Part shown: in pieces, positions 24,601 to 33,454 of the stretch | How positions within the stretch are numbered: the first letter of the stretch is position 1 | Layout of the letters: each line of letters opens with the position of its first letter | IMG/VR virus record: IMGVR_UViG_3300049048_000052 | Coordinates: 124,001-188,000 of that record | Reading direction: 5' to 3' (one strand) | DNA length: 64,000 nt | The notes under the pieces: generated by a model | Told to the model about the DNA's origin: nothing | What the model saw: the letters and a program-made list of their open reading frames with translations, nothing else | Databases searched by the model: none | Made by a program: the position numbers and the translations under genes

Positions 24601-26688
24601 ATGAAACTAGCTATACCCACAGTAAATATAGAAAGATCGGACGTTACTACTGAGGTGGTAATGGGTATTGATGATGCTAATAAGCACGTCATTATGAACT
24701 TATTGAGATCAGAGCTGTACTCTGACCCTATAGGATCCTTTGTCAGAGAGATTATTAGTAACGCTGTTGATGCACATACTCGATCTAAACAGGATCGGCC
24801 TGTAGAGGTAACATTACCTAATCCATTTGCCCCTGAGTTAGTAGTTAGGGACTATGGATACTCTATGACTATAAAGGTTATAGAACTTATATATTCTCAG
24901 TTAGGTACCTCTACTAAAAGAGATAGTAATGAGGAGTTAGGATGCTTTGGTATTGGCGCAGCCAGTCCTCTATCCTATGCTAGTAACTTTAGTATAGAAA
25001 CTATTACATTAGAAGATAATAGGTTTATTAAGAGACTTTGGGTACAGTATGTAGATGAAAGTCTCATCGGTAAGCTGAGTCTACTTGGTGAGGAGGAAGT
25101 TGAGGGCCCTACAGGTACCACTATCAAAATACCTATAGAGAAGGATGATTATACAACTGTGTCTAACTCGGTTGTGTACTTTACTCAGTTCCTAAGGGAT
25201 AGGGTTAGTATTACCAATATTGGTAATAGGAGCTATAAGGAGTATACCTACTATCATGAACAGGATGACTGGAAGTGGATAGGCAGTCATGTTGGTAGCC
25301 CCTATCAGATGGATCGGGTTGCTGATAACTCACTGGTCATCATGGGCGGCATACCATATCCTATAAACACTAGCTCGTTAGGTTTAAAGGATAGTAAGAT
25401 GGTAACCCTAATGAAGTCGGGTCTACATCTACATGCCCCATTAGGTTCTGTTACTCTAACACCTAGTAGGGAGAATCTTAAATATAGCGATAAGACTAAA
25501 CAGTATTTAGCTAATAAGCTTATTGAGATATCTGCTGAATTAACTAAGGTAGCCGAACGTTCTGTAGCGGACTGTAAGTATATACATACAGCAGCTAAGA
25601 CTTATAGTGAGTTGCCTCAAGCATTGAAGGCTGTCGTGAATTGTAGCCAATGGAGGGGTCATGTCCTGAAGTCAGGTATAAACCTACCTGAGGGATTAAG
25701 GGCTGAGTCTTTTGGTGTTGAGAATGCTTATACTAATCAGGGCTATAAGGAAGTTGTTAAGTCTAAGAAGTTAGCTAGTGTAGAGCTATTACGTGATACC
25801 ACCTTCTGGATTAATGATCTAGGAGGTAAGATAGCTAACAAGGAGATCGTCACCAAATATGTCATAGAGAAGAAAGGGTCCCTTGTTGTATTCACAACCC
25901 TAGAACCTAGTGATGAAATAACTGAGTTCCTTAAGTTGTTCGATACAAGTCTCATGAGCACCTTATATCCTAACTTTGTTAAGACAAAGAATAGAGCATT
26001 AAGAGGTCATGTCGATGGATATACCTTTGACCCTGATCTACACAGATCTAATACAAGAGGGATACATGCTAACTTATTACCTACTAAGATACCAAGGGAT
26101 AAGGGCGGTATATATCTAGTTGTGGATGGGGGTATCCGCTGTACTCATGCTGTTAGTATGGGGGCCTGGTATTACGGTCAACAACCTGCAGAACTAGATA
26201 GACTAACTAAGACCTTAGGTTGTGAGGTAAAGGGTATGCCTGTCTTTAATAAGTCTGTCCTACAGAAACTAGATGAGACATGGTTGACCTTTCAGCAGGC
26301 AGTAGATAACTATGTGGATGCTCTACCTAATAAGGAGCAACTCATGTCTAACCTATTGGATACTGACTATTATTATAATAAGCAATACTCACAGCTCTAT
26401 AAGCAGAGTAAGGACTTTCTAGAAGGGTTAGATCCTAAGTCAATGTTAATTACTTATATGGTAACGTCCTCTACGAAAGAGGTTAAGATGCGGGATGATA
26501 AGACCAGTCCTTATCATATGATAGCCAGCTGTACTCAATATCATACCTATAAATTAGAAGGTAAGTCAGAGTTAAAGGATTTATATACAGCCTGCAGATC
26601 AAGGTACCCAATGTTAGAACTTGGAACCTATGTAACTCCTGCTGATAAGTTAGTAGACTATATAAAGCTAATGGATAGCCTGGCCTAA
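24601..26688 (+). CDS. rIIA: rIIA-like protein with GHKL ATPase domain
   Basis: LYSDPIGSFVREIISNAVDAH, RDYG, STKRDSN...GCFGIG, GTTIKIP, PSRENLKY. Confidence 0.85.
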   Translation: MKLAIPTVNIERSDVTTEVVMGIDDANKHVIMNLLRSELYSDPIGSFVREIISNAVDAHTRSKQDRPVEVTLPNPFAPELVVRDYGYSMTIKVIELIYSQLGTSTKRDSNEELGCFGIGAASPLSYASNFSIETITLEDNRFIKRLWVQYVDESLIGKLSLLGEEEVEGPTGTTIKIPIEKDDYTTVSNSVVYFTQFLRDRVSITNIGNRSYKEYTYYHEQDDWKWIGSHVGSPYQMDRVADNSLVIMGGIPYPINTSSLGLKDSKMVTLMKSGLHLHAPLGSVTLTPSRENLKYSDKTKQYLANKLIEISAELTKVAERSVADCKYIHTAAKTYSELPQALKAVVNCSQWRGHVLKSGINLPEGLRAESFGVENAYTNQGYKEVVKSKKLASVELLRDTTFWINDLGGKIANKEIVTKYVIEKKGSLVVFTTLEPSDEITEFLKLFDTSLMSTLYPNFVKTKNRALRGHVDGYTFDPDLHRSNTRGIHANLLPTKIPRDKGGIYLVVDGGIRCTHAVSMGAWYYGQQPAELDRLTKTLGCEVKGMPVFNKSVLQKLDETWLTFQQAVDNYVDALPNKEQLMSNLLDTDYYYNKQYSQLYKQSKDFLEGLDPKSMLITYMVTSSTKEVKMRDDKTSPYHMIASCTQYHTYKLEGKSELKDLYTACRSRYPMLELGTYVTPADKLVDYIKLMDSLA

Positions 26689-26731
26689 CTTAATTCATTT
26701 CTATTTATTCATTGATTCGTACTTTAGAATC

Positions 26732-27238
26732 GTGAATGTTATGAGAACAGTTACACATGATATGTATGAACAGGCCTTAGAAGATAAGGGCCTGATGGAT
26801 AGAGTTAATAAATATCTAGTTAAGCAAGGTGATCATGATTGCTGGAACTGGGTGGGAGCCACGTTTAATGGTGATCTGCCTAGAATTAGATGGTCTGGTC
26901 TTAAAAAGGGAGAGTCACTCTCAGTTAGAAGTCTAATGTATGTTGCTAGTGGTAGGAAGCTCACCAACAGATATGTACGTACGATCTGCGGCAATCCTTT
27001 ATGTTTGAACCCTAACCATCTTACTTGTGGACCTAGAGCGGAGATCCAGGAGATTTATGTACCTAATGGCGTAGCCTACAAAGGTGGTCCTGGCTATAAG
27101 CTAACCAAGGAAGATGTATCCCTAATGCTTTCCATGTTTGAGTCTGGGCTTTACACTCAGGGGAAACTAGCGGAGATGTTTGATGTAACTCCCTGCAATG
27201 TAAGTAACATAGTAAGAGGTAGAACTTGGTTCCTCTAA
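26732..27238 (+). CDS. HNH-endonuclease-like protein with C-terminal HTH (possibly inactive)
   Basis: CWNWVG...VRTICGNPLCLNPNHL (first His absent); TQGKLAEMFDVT...IVRGRTW. Confidence 0.7.
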   Translation: MNVMRTVTHDMYEQALEDKGLMDRVNKYLVKQGDHDCWNWVGATFNGDLPRIRWSGLKKGESLSVRSLMYVASGRKLTNRYVRTICGNPLCLNPNHLTCGPRAEIQEIYVPNGVAYKGGPGYKLTKEDVSLMLSMFESGLYTQGKLAEMFDVTPCNVSNIVRGRTWFL

Positions 27239-27423
27239 ACTACCAGGGACACGCTGACTTCGCGTATGAAGCCCGAGACTATATAGCCGAGCAGGGCTTC
27301 TACTATGCAGACATGTATGATGAAGATATGCTAGAATTAGATTTAGAGCTAAGGGATGATAACCCAGACCCTCGAATGTCTAAACCTATTATTGATTTTA
27401 AGAAATATAAAGGAACAAATATA

Positions 27424-27705
27424 ATGACTGAAGTAAACCAAGCCGAAGTAGTACTTAATGAAGTTCAGACGCTATTAGAATTTAAACCAGTAGCTGGAAC
27501 TATTATTGTTAGACTACGTAATGGCAAGCCTACAGTTTCTAGTGTGCTCAAGTCAGTAAGAGCGGGTCAAAAGAATGTTAACCTGGTTGTAGCTGGTATG
27601 AAGAGTGGTACTAGCGCATCTACGACTGAGAAGTATCGTAAACTGGAAGTGCTTGTATCAGAGCAGGTATATGCTGAGCTAGTTGCTCGTGCTGCAGCTG
27701 AGTAG
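27424..27705 (+). CDS. hypothetical protein
   Basis: AAGGA SD before ATG 27424; TATTGATT at 27390. Confidence 0.6.
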   Translation: MTEVNQAEVVLNEVQTLLEFKPVAGTIIVRLRNGKPTVSSVLKSVRAGQKNVNLVVAGMKSGTSASTTEKYRKLEVLVSEQVYAELVARAAAE

Positions 27706-27722
27706 AACAGTTATATAAAGTA

Positions 27723-27750
27723 ATAAGGGGGACCAATTGGTCCCCCTTAT
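27723..27750. terminator. bidirectional terminator between convergent blocks
   Basis: perfect 28-bp palindrome ATAAGGGGGACCAA-TTGGTCCCCCTTAT. Confidence 0.8.
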
Positions 27751-28311
27751 TTATTGGTCCCCCTCTTTGGGTAAACTTGGACTGTCCGGACCTAATGCTC
27801 TAACGAATGTAGAGGCTATAAACAAAGACTTACTACCAGGCTCTAACATGTAAGTATGAGTGTTAAGGGCTGGGAACGCATACACCTTTCCCTTCTTAAG
27901 ACTAATAGCCTTGTGGTGTCTGAACTCTAACTTAGCGTCCTTGGCACAATCAAGCACAAAGATAACCTTCAGCACTCTCTCTAAAGTATCAAAGCCTTCG
28001 TTATTGGAGATCCAATGGGCAGGCTTTTTAGTCCACTCCTGAATCTGATATCCTTCATCTACCAATGATTGATATAAGAAGGGTATACCTAAGTCTGTTA
28101 TGTACTCACCAAGTAGTGTGGATATAGCAGCTATCAGAATAAGCTCTGCCTGTGTGGCAGTCTCAATATAAGAGGTATAGCCGACGGTACTCCCGTCTAG
28201 TGCAAGATTAATCTCTGACCTAGTTTCATTTAATGCTTTAAACTCTTTTACCAGTAGGGCAGCATCTTCTCTACTAAAGGGGCTACCGTAGGATCTAACG
28301 AAGTCTTCCAT
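27751..28311 (-). CDS. degenerate 2OG-Fe(II) oxygenase-like protein
   Basis: GYQIQ...RVLKVIFVL...LEF...KKGKVYAFPA fold pattern; HxD...H triad not evident. Confidence 0.6.
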   Translation of the reverse strand: MEDFVRSYGSPFSREDAALLVKEFKALNETRSEINLALDGSTVGYTSYIETATQAELILIAAISTLLGEYITDLGIPFLYQSLVDEGYQIQEWTKKPAHWISNNEGFDTLERVLKVIFVLDCAKDAKLEFRHHKAISLKKGKVYAFPALNTHTYMLEPGSKSLFIASTFVRALGPDSPSLPKEGDQ

Positions 28312-28344
28312 ATGATTATCTGTATTATGTACAGACCTATAATA

Positions 28345-28737
28345 TCATGACTTCAGACCGCTTACTATGAGTTCTCTGCCTTCACCTTGTCTAAGTATAA
28401 ATCTACGAGGTAGCCTAGAGACATATGCCCTATATAGTCTAGGGTTAAGTACAGTAAAGATGAACTCTGTACCCTCAGGACTTAACAGGATAACCTCCTC
28501 TAACATATCCATGGCCCATTTGAAGGCTGTATAGGAGGATCCTCCAGTAGTTAGGTTATGGAACCTATCAAAAGAAAGAGACAGTAAGTAACTCTCTACT
28601 ACTGTCCTACTTCTATGAAATATCATAAGTACCTGATAACTAGAAGGAGTATTAGGCTCAAAGACTAAGCCCATGTATACCCCCTCAGCATTCTTCTGGA
28701 TAAACTTATGGCGCCTTAATGGTAAAGTCAAATCCAT
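28345..28737 (-). CDS. hypothetical protein
   Basis: ORF in minus-strand operon. Confidence 0.55.
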   Translation of the reverse strand: MDLTLPLRRHKFIQKNAEGVYMGLVFEPNTPSSYQVLMIFHRSRTVVESYLLSLSFDRFHNLTTGGSSYTAFKWAMDMLEEVILLSPEGTEFIFTVLNPRLYRAYVSRLPRRFILRQGEGRELIVSGLKS

Positions 28738-29320
28738 GTTTCTTCAGTAACGAGTTAAGTAGCTTGAGATCAGAGGCAGCTAGTCCACCCTCTAACCCAT
28801 TTATCAATAGGTTCAGAGAGGATTCAATGCGAGGATCATCAAAGAGTACTGTCGTATTAACTACTAGGTAAGTCAGATGAATCATATTAGAACTCTGACT
28901 TAACTTATCCATTAGACCTGAGCTCTGAAGGGCCTGTAGGAAGTTAGTATACTTGGACATTGGATTCTCTACCTCGGCTGAGGTAAAGCTCTCCCTCATC
29001 TTAGCTAGTTGAGCTTTAGAGGCCTCATCCCTAGCTGCTTTCTTAGCTACTAGTTCCTCTACCTTAGATAAGAATAGATCACCCTTAGCCCAGTTGGGAT
29101 CTAGGTACACCCTATTAGAAGGATCAAACTTCTTGAGGGCCTCCTTACGATCTAGGTAATGATTGACACCTGGCTCATAGTAGCTACCCACATATTGTGG
29201 TGGTAGATCATAAGGAGTGTCTACATCTTTGAGGAATTGCTCTAAGGTCTCCACATAAGAGATGCCATCCCTCATTATGGTTATATAGTTATCTTGATTG
29301 TGTTGAAAGAAATTAGGCAT
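28706..29320 (-). CDS. tail-associated hypothetical protein
   Basis: coupled to the tail collar gene. Confidence 0.6.
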   Translation of the reverse strand: MPNFFQHNQDNYITIMRDGISYVETLEQFLKDVDTPYDLPPQYVGSYYEPGVNHYLDRKEALKKFDPSNRVYLDPNWAKGDLFLSKVEELVAKKAARDEASKAQLAKMRESFTSAEVENPMSKYTNFLQALQSSGLMDKLSQSSNMIHLTYLVVNTTVLFDDPRIESSLNLLINGLEGGLAASDLKLLNSLLKKHGFDFTIKAP

Positions 29321-30300
29321 TAGCTGACCCTCATAATAAATGCTAGAGCGTAGAAGGGGTTAGTGATGTTTAAGGTCTGTGTAGGTATGCTAATGGTGTG
29401 AGTGTGAGCTGCAGTGCTACCTAATACGTTGTGAGCGTGAGGTGCTCCTAAACCCTTAGCCGTATAACCTATAGTACTAACGTAACCAACAAGCTGTGGG
29501 TTACTACCTTTCTTACCTCCACTACCTCCAGTATAGATAGGATACTCTGAACCACCTGGGTAGAGTAATGTATTAACAGGAGTATGAACGTGAGGTGGCA
29601 TCTGGTTCTCATTGATAGAGGTACCATCTGTATACAGACCACCTGCAGGAACACTAGTAGCGCCTGTTGTACTGTTAATACTAAAGGTAGTAGTAAAGGA
29701 CCCACCCGTGGCGCCTACTGTTCTAGTACCCCCAGCACCAATAATAAATCTATCTCTTAGATCAGGAGTTCCATTGGTACCATCACATAGTTTGTATTTA
29801 CCTGGTATAGCATTTATGCCACCAGACCACATAACTATAATACCAACAGGACTTACCTCGTCTACCTTGCCTTCTAATACAGTCACCCTAGTGTTAAGTG
29901 TATTATAAGCTGCGGTAAGAGAACTGCAACAAGTCTCTAGTGCTTCTAACCTATTATTAACTGTTACTAGTATGGCCTCTATATCAATGATCTTATCGTT
30001 TATCACGTTGATAAGATTCATCAGCTCAGTTCTCAGGTTATTAATGGCCTGATATACTGCACCGCTAGTATCATAGATCTCTATCTTTAACTGATTAATC
30101 TCAGTAGTCAGATCAGCACAACACTGTATTAAATCTTTTATATATTGAAAGTTACGGACGCAGAGCTCTAGATCATATATAGAGTTACAGGGTTGGGTGC
30201 CAGTATGGTTGGCCCTATCAAGTAACCTATCTATATTCTCGTCAAACTCTGCACATGTTAGAGGACGATTGAGGTCACCTCTCTTTATAGGCTTAGGCAT
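29320..30300 (-). CDS. tail fibre / tail collar domain protein
   Basis: coiled coil, then PVGIIVMWSG..IP..Y.LCDGTNGTPDLRDRFIIGAG, HxH repeats, PFYALAFIMR. Confidence 0.9.
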   Translation of the reverse strand: MPKPIKRGDLNRPLTCAEFDENIDRLLDRANHTGTQPCNSIYDLELCVRNFQYIKDLIQCCADLTTEINQLKIEIYDTSGAVYQAINNLRTELMNLINVINDKIIDIEAILVTVNNRLEALETCCSSLTAAYNTLNTRVTVLEGKVDEVSPVGIIVMWSGGINAIPGKYKLCDGTNGTPDLRDRFIIGAGGTRTVGATGGSFTTTFSINSTTGATSVPAGGLYTDGTSINENQMPPHVHTPVNTLLYPGGSEYPIYTGGSGGKKGSNPQLVGYVSTIGYTAKGLGAPHAHNVLGSTAAHTHTISIPTQTLNITNPFYALAFIMRVS

Positions 30301-30360
30301 AAGTTATCTCTTTGGATTGTCATCTTAATATATTCAGGTACTAAGGGTATTTAATAAGCT

Positions 30361-30687
30361 TTACTTACTGGTAACCCTACCAATAACGTATACCTTACCC
30401 GCAGCAACCCTAATAGGACTGCTCTCACCTGAAGGATATACGAACACATCATATGAGTAAGGTAGCCCCCTGGCCATTAGGAGACTAGTCTTGATGGCAG
30501 GTAGGGTTAATATGATCTTAGTATTAGCTACTATAGAACAGTCAAAACTCTGTATGACCTTCCAAGCCCCAGGACCTATCTTAATATCACTATATATATT
30601 AGTACCTGAAAGACTGAGGGTGGTATCTATAGTGGTTATAGAGGTAACACCCTGTTCAATAGTTATGTCCTGTTCTATAGCTGCCAT
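30361..30687 (-). CDS. virion/baseplate-associated protein
   Basis: DITIEQG...LTLPA..T...Y.YDV...RV..G beta-sandwich pattern. Confidence 0.6.
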   Translation of the reverse strand: MAAIEQDITIEQGVTSITTIDTTLSLSGTNIYSDIKIGPGAWKVIQSFDCSIVANTKIILTLPAIKTSLLMARGLPYSYDVFVYPSGESSPIRVAAGKVYVIGRVTSK

Positions 30688-30697
30688 GTTCTATTAC

Positions 30698-31120
30698 CTA
30701 AATATGAACTGTAGAATCTAGGTGACTCTCTGTTACTAGGAGATTCCAAGTAGACTTATGAACACTCCATTCAGTCTGCTCAGCCTCAGTTAGTTCCAAT
30801 GCTTCTATATCAGCCTTCAATTCATTGATCGCTACATATAGAGCAGGTACCGCCTTAGTAGTAGTTATAGTAGTCATAAGTACAGTAAAGGAGGTGTTAA
30901 CTCCTAAGTCTAACTTAGATTTAGCCTTAACCCATAAGAATAAGGCTAAACCTTTATCAGGATCAATCAAGGATTGGTAGAGCTTATTCCAGTCTATTGG
31001 AGGTGTTGCAGGAGGTAATAAGGATCTCCATTGGGCCTCATCGATAGGTTGTGTCATTGTACCCTGGGGTACAGCCACGGCACCCCTTGTAGGGTCCGTA
31101 GGATCATAATACATTATCAT
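30698..31120 (-). CDS. tail-associated hypothetical protein
   Basis: in tail operon. Confidence 0.6.
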   Translation of the reverse strand: MIMYYDPTDPTRGAVAVPQGTMTQPIDEAQWRSLLPPATPPIDWNKLYQSLIDPDKGLALFLWVKAKSKLDLGVNTSFTVLMTTITTTKAVPALYVAINELKADIEALELTEAEQTEWSVHKSTWNLLVTESHLDSTVHI

Positions 31121-32028
31121 AGTGTGATATCCTCATATCCTAATACATTAAATGCAGTTCTTTCATTAGCACTGTTATAGCTGCTACCTTGCCTAACAAA
31201 CCTTAACTGCCCTAAGTTATTGGTTACCCTACTTATCTCGTGTACTGTGTTGTACCAGAATAATAAGGAGCCGCTAGCATAGTAAGCAGCATAGGCAGTA
31301 CCTGATATATTACCAGAGTTACCTGCCTCGTTTGTACCACTAAGGAAGTTACCTACCTGAGCAGGACTTGTTACTAATATAGAGAATTGGTTACTGTTAT
31401 AAGCAGGAAGGCCTGGCGCTATCACACCTTGAATCCTCATGTTCACACCCGTGGGTACCGGCATGGCGATAAGTTCGGGGGTAGTAGCAACCGCATAGTT
31501 AACTAGGGCTTGCTGGACTACCTTATACTCATAATAGCGACCATACTGTGTAAAGTCCACTATAGAGCCTGCTACCACTAACACAGAACCTATCCTCCTA
31601 AAGGAGTTATAGGAACCTGGTAAGGTTGGGTTAGTAGGATTGATACTGGCTAACACATCAGTAGCTAGTGCAGGACCTGAGATTATAAATATGTGATACG
31701 TACCATTACCAAAGGTACCAGTATCTAACATACCTTGACTATCACCTACCACCCAAGGACCAAAGTTCTTAGTTATTGGTGTGGTAAGGGTAGTGATAGA
31801 TCTAACATTAGCTGTGGTCTTAGTTATGGCAAAGCCTGACCTTACTAGAAGTTGTTGATTAGCAACCCTCTGTAAGCCTAGACCCTCCATGGCAGTAACA
31901 GCAGTTGAGGGTACTAATGTACTTGACTCAAATGCGGATACCCATGCAGTACCGTTCCACGTATGTGTAATATTATTATTGTTAAATGTTTGCCCTAGGG
32001 TTGGGTTATTGGGAAAATTTAGTGGCAT
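31117..32028 (-). CDS. tail fibre protein
   Basis: NFP..PT.GQ...W.G.AW N-terminal motif; YHIFII...PTLPGSY..FRRIGS. Confidence 0.75.
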   Translation of the reverse strand: MPLNFPNNPTLGQTFNNNNITHTWNGTAWVSAFESSTLVPSTAVTAMEGLGLQRVANQQLLVRSGFAITKTTANVRSITTLTTPITKNFGPWVVGDSQGMLDTGTFGNGTYHIFIISGPALATDVLASINPTNPTLPGSYNSFRRIGSVLVVAGSIVDFTQYGRYYEYKVVQQALVNYAVATTPELIAMPVPTGVNMRIQGVIAPGLPAYNSNQFSILVTSPAQVGNFLSGTNEAGNSGNISGTAYAAYYASGSLLFWYNTVHEISRVTNNLGQLRFVRQGSSYNSANERTAFNVLGYEDITL

Positions 32029-32037
32029 AGTTGTTCC

Positions 32038-33003
32038 TTATACTGAGAAGTCCTCATATCCAAATACTCTGAAGGTGCTTTGATAGGCTGTACTATAATA
32101 GGCAGAGTTGGTACTTCTTCTAAAGTAGAGTCTACCTGAGGTATCCGTAGTACGGGTTAACTCATGAGCATTACTATCAGCGTAGGCACCATAGTATGTA
32201 GTTACAGAGGTATCAAAGTCATACCCATACATCTGCTCGGTAGGTGCATAAGGAGTTTGATCAGCACTTAGAAGAAGGATACTGATGTAGTAACCTGGGT
32301 AAGGTAGACCAACTCCTAATATACCTCTAACATTTACCTTAATACCTGTAGGCACCGGCATAGCAATAAGCTCTCCCGCTGTAGGTATAGCGTAATTATT
32401 AAGGCCCCTAACTAGACTCGTATATTCATAATACTTACCATGCTGATTAAAGTTAGGTATAGCATTACTAACAACTATAATGGAGCCTATTCTACGGTAA
32501 TGCGTGAAGCCAGCCGGTAATGAGGGCGTCAATGATCTAGAAAAGGTTATGTCACTAGTGGTACCGCTTGCATTACCTATAAGGTAGATATGGTAGGTAC
32601 CGTCAGTTACAGCCCCAGATAGAATACCGTTACCATTGTCCCCCTCACTAAATGGGGAGGCCAACTTCTTAGTAATAGAGGTAGTCCTAGCTAGGACGGT
32701 CCTGTTACCTGATATGTCAGAGGCAGTAGCCCTACCTGCTGTAATCACTATCTCTAGTGGGGCAGACCTAATAACTCTTAGACCTTCTAGACCTGTAAAG
32801 GGTAGGGTGCTACTGGTTATAACTGGGACACCCTGGGTGGTTATAGTACCTGTTACAGTTAAGCTGCCATTAACTATACCTCCATTGAGGATACTCTGGT
32901 CTATGGCCCCACTTACCCAGGACTTACCATCCCATTGGTATCTAACACCACTAGAGACGAATAGGTCACCTATATTAGGACTATTTGGAAATTCTATAGC
33001 CAT
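32038..33003 (-). CDS. tail fibre protein (paralog of 31117-32028)
   Basis: same domain order; shared GTYHI, RRIGS, YYEY, ELIAMPVPTG, GYED. Confidence 0.75.
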   Translation of the reverse strand: MAIEFPNSPNIGDLFVSSGVRYQWDGKSWVSGAIDQSILNGGIVNGSLTVTGTITTQGVPVITSSTLPFTGLEGLRVIRSAPLEIVITAGRATASDISGNRTVLARTTSITKKLASPFSEGDNGNGILSGAVTDGTYHIYLIGNASGTTSDITFSRSLTPSLPAGFTHYRRIGSIIVVSNAIPNFNQHGKYYEYTSLVRGLNNYAIPTAGELIAMPVPTGIKVNVRGILGVGLPYPGYYISILLLSADQTPYAPTEQMYGYDFDTSVTTYYGAYADSNAHELTRTTDTSGRLYFRRSTNSAYYSTAYQSTFRVFGYEDFSV

Positions 33004-33011
33004 GTCGCCTC

Positions 33012-33452
33012 CTATTTATAATTGATGTAAGGGTTAGGATCTAGCTCAGGCCATATGCTAACTAGATCATCAGTAGTCTCAGCGGCCTCAATAGCAGGAT
33101 CTATAGTTAAATCCCTAAGAGCCTGTTTTGCAGATGTAATTGGTTTAAGGTCCTCACCTTTCTCTAGAGCTATCTGGAACTTAATATCTAACTCTTTAAG
33201 TTTAGGTTCTCTACCTATTCTGAGAAAGGACCTGTGGACATCCCTAGCCTTATTCATATCTATAGAGATCTTATCGTTCTTAATAGACCAAGCATCCTGG
33301 AATATATAGCTGGGCATCTCATCCCTATCTATAACTATATACTTAGCACCTTTAGGTACATCATTCTTTAGACATTCATCTACAGAAGATTCGGCAGGTA
33401 TCATAAGGGATACCCCGGTGCCGTTATTAAATAGAATTACATTTTGACTCAT
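33012..33452 (-). CDS. tail fibre assembly chaperone
   Basis: DVPKG...FQDAW...IDMNKAR...KQALRDLT...WP. Confidence 0.75.
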   Translation of the reverse strand: MSQNVILFNNGTGVSLMIPAESSVDECLKNDVPKGAKYIVIDRDEMPSYIFQDAWSIKNDKISIDMNKARDVHRSFLRIGREPKLKELDIKFQIALEKGEDLKPITSAKQALRDLTIDPAIEAAETTDDLVSIWPELDPNPYINYK

Positions 33453-33454
33453 AA

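Noticed and set aside
27226-27423. N-terminal 66 codons of the 159-aa ORF
   Set aside because: A better SD, ATG and upstream motif support a start at 27424
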